From a virus: a stretch of 64,000 nucleotides of DNA. The DNA lies in the IMG/VR virus record IMGVR_UViG_3300027899_000008; one strand, given 5' to 3'. Every line of letters starts with the position of its first letter. The first letter of the stretch is position 1. Shown in pieces: positions 39,343 through 47,114 of the stretch. Under the pieces are notes generated by a model that was given only the letters and a program-made list of their open reading frames with translations, did no database searches and was not told where the DNA came from. Position numbers and translations under genes: made by a program.

Positions 39343-40635
39343 TTAATTCAATTTTGTTTCAAGATCAACATTAGTTAGGGTAATGGTGATAAAATTGATG
39401 GAAGTTAGTGGTTTGATGAGAACTTCTGCATAGAATTCGTTTGCTTCAACTGTTGATGCTGGATTATTTGATTCATCACATATTACTTTATAATCACTAA
39501 TGCCATTCTGAGATTGAACTGTTTCAAGAATCTTATCCGCAGTAGATTTGAAGGAAGAACGTGTAGCAGCATTATTGACTTCAAACAGAGTTCTACGAGC
39601 AACTGCTCCAAGAGTCTTCTTAAGATTAATGAAGAGTCTAGCAACATTTACTCTAGAGAGTGTAGAAGTATTTGAATAGGTAGTCTTATCGCCGAAGAGG
39701 AATGTTCCTTCTCCTGGGAATGTAACTACTGGATTGATACCAGCATCATAGAGGTAATCTTGTTCTGCTGCTCTGAGAGTTCTAGCGAGTCTGGTAACAT
39801 TGAGAATCTTACCTCTCTTTGTACCTGCTGGAGAGAACCAAGGATAATAATCTCTATCGGTTCTTGCCATACATCCAGCAATATCTGGAGCAAGAATGGT
39901 GGTAATTAGAGTTTCATTCGCACCATTGGCGCCAAGATGTACCTTCTCACCATAGACAACGGTCAAGTGATAATCATCATAGGTAGCACCATTAAATCCT
40001 GTTGGTGCAGTTGCAATTGAAGCAGTTCCTGATGGTGTATTTAGGATACCCATGACTGCGAGTTCATTTGCTTTCTTAGCATCAACGACTTTGATGACAT
40101 TGGCAACAGCATCAGCAGAAGAAATACCTTGGAAGATAACATCATAGATTGCGTTATCGGAAATTGCTTGGAATCCGGAAATACCACCGCAAAGACCATT
40201 ACCACCAATACCAACATAACATGGTGATCCATATTGTAGATAATTGTTAATCGCCCAGAATTGTTGAGCGAATGCTGTTCTACCACCGGTAAGGCCTGCA
40301 CCAACATTGGTAACTACGCCTCCCTCGAATGCCGTGCCAGTATATGTATTATTAATATATCCTGCTGCGCATTCGCCTTGAGAATATAAAGTAATACCTG
40401 CCATAAAAGTAGCACCACCTGCAAATTCGACGATCATATTAGAAAGTCTAGCATATAGATCGTTGGTGTTTGGCATATACATCAGTCCAGCAGCTCTTTC
40501 TGGCAATGTTGCGAGTGCTCCCATGTTAGCATCATCTGCCAACATAGCAGCAACGAGTTTAATACTGGGTGATTCGGACACGGGTCCAACGATTGAAAGA
40601 TCGTTTAGTTTGAATGTTACATTTGGTCTGGCCAT
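39343..40635 (-). CDS. 18: Tail sheath protein gp18 (short form)
   Basis: N.LQYG, D.AG..ARTD....PWFSPAG..RG, LY...INPV..FPG.G..LFGDKT, R.NV.RLF, LFE.N, CDE.NN. Confidence 0.93.
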   Translation of the reverse strand: MARPNVTFKLNDLSIVGPVSESPSIKLVAAMLADDANMGALATLPERAAGLMYMPNTNDLYARLSNMIVEFAGGATFMAGITLYSQGECAAGYINNTYTGTAFEGGVVTNVGAGLTGGRTAFAQQFWAINNYLQYGSPCYVGIGGNGLCGGISGFQAISDNAIYDVIFQGISSADAVANVIKVVDAKKANELAVMGILNTPSGTASIATAPTGFNGATYDDYHLTVVYGEKVHLGANGANETLITTILAPDIAGCMARTDRDYYPWFSPAGTKRGKILNVTRLARTLRAAEQDYLYDAGINPVVTFPGEGTFLFGDKTTYSNTSTLSRVNVARLFINLKKTLGAVARRTLFEVNNAATRSSFKSTADKILETVQSQNGISDYKVICDESNNPASTVEANEFYAEVLIKPLTSINFITITLTNVDLETKLN

Positions 40636-40705
40636 TTATCTCTCCTTTTAAATGAGTTACCTATTGAATATATAGGAAATTTTATTTTTGGCAAAATACA
40701 TACAT

Positions 40706-43582
40706 TTAAAACAAACCACTATAATTATCCATGTCTTTAATATGTAGATTAAGTGATATTTTGATATCTTTTTTATCTTGTATCAACCATCTGTCTACTC
40801 CATCTCCGGTCCAATTATCCTCTTCTTCTTGAATTGAGATGTCTTCAGAACCATCATCATAATATCCAAATGGCAGCAAATCATCTTCAATCTTTTCGAT
40901 TTCGCGAGAATACATCGCAAGACGAACATCCATATCGGTTAGATTCTTAAAGAAGTCCTGTCGTGTACACCAAGCAAACATTGTGAGGCATGATACTAAA
41001 TCGTCATTGTGTCCATCATCTGCTTCATAACTATTTTTTCTAGCAACGAATGTCGTTAATTCATTGATGATATCAAAATCTTCAATGATTAATTTATCTT
41101 CTTCAACTAGATTCTTTAAAACTGCACATCCTACCTTTTTAGTAACTACAGATGCCTTCAATCCAAGATGATTTTGTTTTGCGCCACCAAATCCTTCGGT
41201 GATGACCTGTCCTTTTCTTCCTAGGAAACTTGTCTTGATTATATGTTCATATTCCAAGTCAGTATGTAAAATATCAGCAACCTGAGAACCAATGTCATTT
41301 ATCTCAACCATAACATACGCATTGTTATACTTCTTGGCAACGGTCTTTATCATCGATGGGTATAGCAATGGAGATATTGTATTATTTCTATATGTAGCAA
41401 CTATTCTGTAAGGAAATTGAGTGACATCAACGACTACGAATGCGCTATAATCCTTTCCCTGTCCCCGAGCAGTATCGACCGTTATGAAATAAATATGGTC
41501 GTGAGTCTTGGCATCTTCATTTTCCCGTATTGGTTCTTCATAAATGGTGAGTCCTTCCTTTGTTCTCAATAAGGGTTTGGAAAAAACCAGTGTGTGTAAT
41601 TTTTGGGAAGATATGAGTGTATTGGATGAACCTACGAAATCGCACTCAAACTCGCTCTGAAATTGCTTTTCCGAAGTCTTGCTAATCATCTCTTGTTTCC
41701 ACTTGTCTGTTCTAAGTGGACCACCTGGATATAATGGAACCTGACTCCAGTGAACTTCTACTGGAACATAACCATTTTGTTTGTTGATAGCACCCTTCCA
41801 ATAGTAATAGAACATATTCAACCCATTTGGGGTTGAGATTATAAACATCTTGGTTGATTGACCCGATGTAATCGTAGGATATACGGATGAAAAGAAGTCT
41901 TCGGCAATTTGAATGGGAATGTGGGCAAATTCATCGAGCAGGATACAATTGCTGATTCGAACTCCATTTGCATAATATGATGTGTGTTCTTCGACTTCCA
42001 TCAAATCATAGACATCCACTACACCCCAATCTTCAACACCCAATACACAAACATCACCATCACATCCATCAACAAATTCTCCAACCCTCAAAGACATAGC
42101 AGAAACAAAACCTCTGTCTGACGACATTATTTTGTGATCCGATGTGCAGATTAGTTCTTCATTGTTTTCAAATGTTACTTTAATAGTTTTTTGATTTGGT
42201 GCTTTACTTATTCCGTGGAACTTTTTAAATCCTGTATGAGTAAGTACTTCCCATCTACCATCTTCGTCCCCTTGTTCCAAGCACCACCTTGTCGCTCTAT
42301 TCGAGCAATCGCTGCTAATCGCATCTTCTCTTTTGCTTCGGGAGATCGTTTCATTCCACGATGCTTTTCTGCTGTCTTTCGAATTTTCTCTGGATTCTTG
42401 TTGATTTTGTCGGAGTGTTCTTTGGTCTTCTTTACTCCCTTGAGGAGTTTCGATATATGTTCCCCAAATTCCTTTGGCCGAATCATCCCCAATAATCGAC
42501 CTTTGTTCGCATCTGATATTTTCTTTCTTGTTGCTTCTGTATTTTTCTTGCCTTTGTGTCGCTCTGAAATTTTTTGCTTGGTTTCTTCGGTGTGTTTCAT
42601 TCCTGTTCGCATTAGTCTTCTTGCTTCCGAATAGTTTTTCTTGACTTCCAACAAAGCACTCGGTGGTAATTTTACTTGGGTTCCCTGTCGTCCAGTTACC
42701 ATCTTGTGATAAGCATGACACATCTTGGCCTTCTCTATTCCATCCAAGAAGTGCGGCAGAAGTCGATGTGCTAACAAATGTTCTCGTATTGTCAGAACTA
42801 CTATGTTCGCCTTGATGTTTGCTCCACCCAATGATTTTGGAATTATGTGATGTTTCTCTGTTGATATCAAATCTACCATAACACGATTTTGCCCATTCTC
42901 CATAAGGGAAAAGTACCACTTCTTGTATTTGTTGTCTATCATTTCCATATTCATATATATGATTATGGTTATTTCTAGACGAGTTCGCATATAACTCTCC
43001 GATGGTAGTGTGAATCACCTCATCAGTAAGTGTATTTTTAATTATCAGTTTACTATTAGCAGATATACAATTAAAGGAACCGCCACGAATAGCAGAGGAA
43101 GAAGTAGCACTTGCTAGAATCTTGGAACCATTCTCCAACATAATGGAACCTTTGTTCCATTCGACTACGCCCTGCTGTAACCATTTGGGAAGATATTCAA
43201 ATGCCATCTTGATTCTGCTTAGAATTTCAATAGCGGTTGCTTGCTTATTTGCTAGAATCGCAACATTCACATTTTGATTAAATAGAACATAATGAAGAAG
43301 ATACGACCCAACCGTAGTTGTTTTTCCAGTTTGTCTTGGAAGTTTTCCAATTACGAATCGATTATCATGTAATGTCTTAATTAAAGATTCCTGATAATTA
43401 TACATGTTGAAGGGAACTAATCCCTGATCGACAGCAACAATCTTAACATAATTCTTAATGAAATATATTGGGTCATTTGAGCATTTTATATATTCTTGAA
43501 CTTGTTCTGGAGTAAATTGCTGTTGAACACCAACAGGTTTAAGATTTGGGTTACCTAAATATCCATCTTTATGTTTCGTCAT
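40706..43582 (-). CDS. 17: Terminase large subunit gp17 precursor containing an intein (spliced ~584 aa)
   Basis: YLGNPNLK, PRQTGKTT (Walker A), RGGSFN|CILLDEFAH (Walker B restored after splicing), STPNG, nuclease VDTARG.G.DYS ... DDLV. Confidence 0.96.
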   Translation of the reverse strand: MTKHKDGYLGNPNLKPVGVQQQFTPEQVQEYIKCSNDPIYFIKNYVKIVAVDQGLVPFNMYNYQESLIKTLHDNRFVIGKLPRQTGKTTTVGSYLLHYVLFNQNVNVAILANKQATAIEILSRIKMAFEYLPKWLQQGVVEWNKGSIMLENGSKILASATSSSAIRGGSFNCISANSKLIIKNTLTDEVIHTTIGELYANSSRNNHNHIYEYGNDRQQIQEVVLFPYGEWAKSCYGRFDINRETSHNSKIIGWSKHQGEHSSSDNTRTFVSTSTSAALLGWNREGQDVSCLSQDGNWTTGNPSKITTECFVGSQEKLFGSKKTNANRNETHRRNQAKNFRATQRQEKYRSNKKENIRCEQRSIIGDDSAKGIWGTYIETPQGSKEDQRTLRQNQQESRENSKDSRKASWNETISRSKREDAISSDCSNRATRWCLEQGDEDGRWEVLTHTGFKKFHGISKAPNQKTIKVTFENNEELICTSDHKIMSSDRGFVSAMSLRVGEFVDGCDGDVCVLGVEDWGVVDVYDLMEVEEHTSYYANGVRISNCILLDEFAHIPIQIAEDFFSSVYPTITSGQSTKMFIISTPNGLNMFYYYWKGAINKQNGYVPVEVHWSQVPLYPGGPLRTDKWKQEMISKTSEKQFQSEFECDFVGSSNTLISSQKLHTLVFSKPLLRTKEGLTIYEEPIRENEDAKTHDHIYFITVDTARGQGKDYSAFVVVDVTQFPYRIVATYRNNTISPLLYPSMIKTVAKKYNNAYVMVEINDIGSQVADILHTDLEYEHIIKTSFLGRKGQVITEGFGGAKQNHLGLKASVVTKKVGCAVLKNLVEEDKLIIEDFDIINELTTFVARKNSYEADDGHNDDLVSCLTMFAWCTRQDFFKNLTDMDVRLAMYSREIEKIEDDLLPFGYYDDGSEDISIQEEEDNWTGDGVDRWLIQDKKDIKISLNLHIKDMDNYSGLF
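41948..43069 (-). mobile_element. Intein in TerL (374 aa, residues 172-545)
   Basis: Block A CISANSKLII, block B LICTSDHKIM (TxxH), block F DVYDLMEV...YYANG, terminal SN followed by Cys+1; removal restores a normal gp17. Confidence 0.92.
42208..42990 (-). CDS. HNH homing endonuclease with NUMOD3 repeats, overprinted (+1 frame) inside the intein
   Basis: EKHHIIPKSLGG.N...N.V.LT.REH..AH.LL (Mob-type HNH); repeats GMKHTEETKQKIS, GKKNTEATRKKIS, GMKRSPEAKEKM; SD GGAG 6 nt upstream. Confidence 0.9.
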   Translation of the reverse strand: MRTRLEITIIIYMNMEMIDNKYKKWYFSLMENGQNRVMVDLISTEKHHIIPKSLGGANIKANIVVLTIREHLLAHRLLPHFLDGIEKAKMCHAYHKMVTGRQGTQVKLPPSALLEVKKNYSEARRLMRTGMKHTEETKQKISERHKGKKNTEATRKKISDANKGRLLGMIRPKEFGEHISKLLKGVKKTKEHSDKINKNPEKIRKTAEKHRGMKRSPEAKEKMRLAAIARIERQGGAWNKGTKMVDGKYLLIQDLKSSTE

Positions 43583-44066
43583 TTAATAACTCTTCATGAT
43601 TTATATGCTTTATCTGACTTCTAGATTGATTGATTATATTCTGTAAATCTTTAGTAGAACCAACAAATATAGAATTATTCGTAGTGTTCTTGATTTGTTT
43701 TGTTATTTCTGGTTCTGCCTTGTTTGCTTTTTCGTGTAACTCAACCAATCCAGTATTCATCTCTGTAATCGTTTTGAGTAAGATAGAAACCACCTCATAT
43801 GCTCGCGGAGAATCACTAGCAGTTGCGACTTTCATCATTCCATCTATAGCATTGAAGCCAGTGGATATGAGTTCTTTCATATTTTTTCTTGCTTCTAGAA
43901 AATCCTGTCGAACAAGGTCTTTCTTTTCTCTCTTTATTGATTTGACTGGTGATATCACGATATCAGCATCGACTATAGTCTCACTCACAACCTGCTGAAG
44001 TTCTTCTTTAATGGGTGCTGGAATATCCAGAATATTTGCTAAATATGTGTCACTATCTTCTTTCAT
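43569..44066 (-). CDS. 16: Terminase small subunit gp16
   Basis: D....R.N...LI..G..A......VA..SD.PRAYEV, NN..FVGST.DLQ. Confidence 0.92.
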   Translation of the reverse strand: MKEDSDTYLANILDIPAPIKEELQQVVSETIVDADIVISPVKSIKREKKDLVRQDFLEARKNMKELISTGFNAIDGMMKVATASDSPRAYEVVSILLKTITEMNTGLVELHEKANKAEPEITKQIKNTTNNSIFVGSTKDLQNIINQSRSQIKHINHEELLNDET

Positions 44067-44786
44067 TTAACCCTCTGTATTTATTACATAAACTGGTTCA
44101 TTATAATCACTCACATACATTGAATTTCCTGTAAATCCTTCTGCTGTAATTCCTATATCCAAATCTATATTCTTGATGATTCCTGTTGTCGGTTCACAGA
44201 ATTTATTATAAACATAACCCTTTACCGTGAAGTCAAAAAGACTGGTAACGGATCGCCTGACATCATATGAACCTTCATAATCCTCATTCATGGCAACACT
44301 ATTCAATGTGATTGGTATGTCTACCGATGGATATAGTTCATCTATATTTATGGATATCATAAATTCTGGCGCAAAATACGGAAGTATTTGTTCTACAATC
44401 TGTAGGTTATCATCAATGTTTCTAGTGAATACATACAGACCAAAACTAATATTGTAAGGCACTTCAGAATAAGAACTTCTTCCTTGCTGAACTTTACGAG
44501 TTAATCTATTAATTTTTCTATTAACATCATACATTATGCTAGTCATATCAAATCCCATTAAAGGTAATGTGGTTTGAACGTGGGTTTCATCAGATATCTG
44601 ACTTTCATTCTTCAATCTGTATATGAATTTTTCCTTTGGTCCATACATCAATGGAACTCTTAACTTCTCCGTTATTTGTTGATTTTCATCCTTACGGATA
44701 ATATAAATTGAATTAAATAACGCACCAAACGCAGTTACTAGTTTTCGTATCGATTCGTTGTAGTATGTGTTTTCTATTGATAACAT
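44067..44786 (-). CDS. 15: Tail sheath terminator gp15
   Basis: Y.E.IRK...AFG.LFN.I, VPL.YGPKEKF, LP..GF, VPYN, QIVEQILPYF.P. Confidence 0.93.
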   Translation of the reverse strand: MLSIENTYYNESIRKLVTAFGALFNSIYIIRKDENQQITEKLRVPLMYGPKEKFIYRLKNESQISDETHVQTTLPLMGFDMTSIMYDVNRKINRLTRKVQQGRSSYSEVPYNISFGLYVFTRNIDDNLQIVEQILPYFAPEFMISINIDELYPSVDIPITLNSVAMNEDYEGSYDVRRSVTSLFDFTVKGYVYNKFCEPTTGIIKNIDLDIGITAEGFTGNSMYVSDYNEPVYVINTEG

Positions 44787-45664
44787 TAGCAGTTCTCAGA
44801 AAATGGGTTGTCTGATGAAAATTCAATGGCAAATGATTGCTTTTGGAGTGTATCGTTGTTTCTCAACGCACTATTGACTGGATCTTTAGTGATATTAATA
44901 TTTGTTGTGGTAGAACTGAATGCGGTATATACTGCGCCAGATTCTACGCCAGCAAGAGTCATTCCTGATGTAATTGCTCCTGTGATATTCGCAAGATAAA
45001 GTGTATTTGGTTTTCCTGCGGATGAAATCTCTTCAATGACCAACGCAGAACCATTTTTCTGCGTTACTATTTCTCCACCAATATAATGAGTAACTCCAGA
45101 TATACTAAATCCAGTAAGTCCAATCATTGTTGCGTAGTCTGTACGTTTTGTAAATACGCTATCAATTTCTGAAATACCAGTATCCATTTCTTCGTGTGAA
45201 TATGTGAAGAGTTCACATGTTACGGTAAAAGTTGTAAGGATGCCAAATTGGTAGAATGGTTCCTCATCCTTTACATAATTTATTTCAAAGATAGAACCAG
45301 ATAGAGGATAATAGATTAAATCACCTTCTCTTGGTCTGTTTATCTCTGGTTGCTTTGAGGTTACTTCATCAAAGAATCTGGTTTTTGCAAATTCCATAGT
45401 CAATCTATCGGTGATGGCGATACCAAACTTGGTTATGATATCCTTGTTTCCACCAAACTTCAAAGTTTCAACTACATACATTTCAAGAGTATATCCATTT
45501 TTAAATGAACTCTTGGGGTCTTCTCCAAATATCGTATCAAGATTCAGATACTCTCTTGGTAAATAGATATGGTCCCTACCCATTGCCTGTATGGTTTCAA
45601 TGGTAAGGTCGTTGAGTAATCTTTGCTCTCCTGAATAATCTTTGAAGTATGGATTTGTTGCCAT
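44786..45664 (-). CDS. 14: Neck protein gp14
   Basis: MA.NPYF, EQ.L..DL..E.I...G.D..YLPR, RP.EGDLIY.P, FYQ.G, CELF.YS.E, FS..NPF. Confidence 0.93.
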   Translation of the reverse strand: MATNPYFKDYSGEQRLLNDLTIETIQAMGRDHIYLPREYLNLDTIFGEDPKSSFKNGYTLEMYVVETLKFGGNKDIITKFGIAITDRLTMEFAKTRFFDEVTSKQPEINRPREGDLIYYPLSGSIFEINYVKDEEPFYQFGILTTFTVTCELFTYSHEEMDTGISEIDSVFTKRTDYATMIGLTGFSISGVTHYIGGEIVTQKNGSALVIEEISSAGKPNTLYLANITGAITSGMTLAGVESGAVYTAFSSTTTNINITKDPVNSALRNNDTLQKQSFAIEFSSDNPFSENC

Positions 45665-45667
45665 ATG

Positions 45668-46474
45668 TTAACCTAACATGAAATTCACTGGCAGTTCGTA
45701 GGAATCTCGAAGTTCTTGTTCTATGAAGTTCAACTCATTCATTGCTTCCTGATATATCACAGCACCCTTGAATGTGATGCCACCTGGTAATTGAACACCA
45801 TCGTATTTTGACATATTCGCACCCCATTGCTTCTTAATGAGTGCGGTTACATATTTCTTCAGCAGACGATCATTGTATATCTTTGGATAATCAGATGCGT
45901 CAAGAACAGCATATGCTTCAACTATGACATATTCTCCAGCAACAATTCCTGCCATATCTCCATCAATGTATATCTTATCTGTTACTTTGCTGAATCTTAT
46001 TGCTTTCTCTGGATCAAAGAATTGCTCAATAAGACTAATATACTGCATGGTCGAATCGTAACCAGCTAATGGTATAGAAGTGTTTCCCTGTAATCCTCTG
46101 TTAATGCCAAAGTAATCAGTCAATGCCATTTGATACTTCACATCAAACATATTGGAACCAGTGAGATTGCCAAATCTAAATAATTTGATGACACTCACTA
46201 TATCAGTTCCATTTGGACGATCAATTCCACCTATTGGCGATTGAATGTTATTCGTCGATATATACCGCCCGTCGATATCCTGTTGAGTGAGTTGATAACG
46301 AAAGAAACATTTTTGCACTCCATCAAAGTGATATTCTGAAAAGAATTGAAGTGCTTCTTCGAGACGATCTTCACATTGCTGCCAATCAACATTCACCTGG
46401 ACAACGGGATGTCCCAAGGAGCGAAGAGCATACTCAATAAGAGTTTGTCTTGAATTTGGATTTTGTGATGACAT
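45668..46474 (-). CDS. 13: Neck protein gp13
   Basis: P.SR..L..Y.LR.LG.PV...NV...Q..DR..EA.Q.F..YH.DG, LK.Y.TALIK.QWG.N..KY.G.QLPGG.T..G. Confidence 0.95.
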   Translation of the reverse strand: MSSQNPNSRQTLIEYALRSLGHPVVQVNVDWQQCEDRLEEALQFFSEYHFDGVQKCFFRYQLTQQDIDGRYISTNNIQSPIGGIDRPNGTDIVSVIKLFRFGNLTGSNMFDVKYQMALTDYFGINRGLQGNTSIPLAGYDSTMQYISLIEQFFDPEKAIRFSKVTDKIYIDGDMAGIVAGEYVIVEAYAVLDASDYPKIYNDRLLKKYVTALIKKQWGANMSKYDGVQLPGGITFKGAVIYQEAMNELNFIEQELRDSYELPVNFMLG

Positions 46475-46477
46475 ATG

Positions 46478-46510
46478 AAAATCTCCTTATATTATTTATA
46501 AGGAGATTTT
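46478..46510 (-). promoter_or_regulatory. 14-bp perfect hairpin containing late promoter TATAAATA and the gp13 Shine-Dalgarno
   Basis: AAAATCTCCTTATA-aataa-TATAAGGAGATTTT; promoter 46493-46500; AAGGAG in the 3' arm, 8 nt before ATG. Confidence 0.8.
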
Positions 46511-46513
46511 AGT

Positions 46514-47089
46514 TTAAGGATTGGAACCAGTGTTTCCTTGATTATTCTTTACTTCTGGTGGAGGGTCAAATACATTGACTGATATCTTCTCTAATTTTTC
46601 ATATGGATAGTTTTCAATGTAATGTCTTCGAGTAATCGGAGTAATTGCCTCATCTGGTTTGGATTGCTCGTAGTTTGAGAATCCTGGCATCTGTAAAGGA
46701 CATGCCAAACGAGGATAATCTAATTTAGAATACTTATCACCATCAGAGATTAACCAAGTTCCTTGACGATCTCCACACCCGCATCCAGCACAGAAGGACT
46801 TATTCTGTGTCTTGCTATTCTTGAGGTGTTCGCAGGGAGGAAGAACACCTCCAGTTTCTTTATCGCCGAAACAAGACAAAACCCTCAATTGTTTTATGGG
46901 TTTTGTAACTTTTTCGTTCTTGAATCCTCTAGAAGTAATCGCAGACGCAAAACTCTGCATCATGTTTAATTTCTTCTTGATTTCACCTTCGGGTTGCTTA
47001 ATTTCTTCTTTTCTGAATTCAATATTTTCATTTTGCATAGAAGCACCTTTGCATTTGCATTTTATATTTTTTCCACAAGCACACGACAT
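46514..47089 (-). CDS. Cys-rich hypothetical protein
   Basis: N-terminal CACGKNIKCKC; R...C ... C..L ... C..CGC ... CP motif; SD AAGGA. Confidence 0.65.
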   Translation of the reverse strand: MSCACGKNIKCKCKGASMQNENIEFRKEEIKQPEGEIKKKLNMMQSFASAITSRGFKNEKVTKPIKQLRVLSCFGDKETGGVLPPCEHLKNSKTQNKSFCAGCGCGDRQGTWLISDGDKYSKLDYPRLACPLQMPGFSNYEQSKPDEAITPITRRHYIENYPYEKLEKISVNVFDPPPEVKNNQGNTGSNP

Positions 47090-47114
47090 GTTACATCCTT
47101 ATTATGTAGTATCA

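Noticed and set aside
42191-42634. Third (antisense) ORF within the intein insert
   Set aside because: No recognisable motif; plausible by-product of two constrained sense frames.
41948-43069. Group I intron, or a frameshifted/pseudogenised terminase
   Set aside because: The terminase frame is uninterrupted, has all intein blocks with Cys1/Asn/Cys+1, and protein-level excision restores Walker B. No intron core was recognised.
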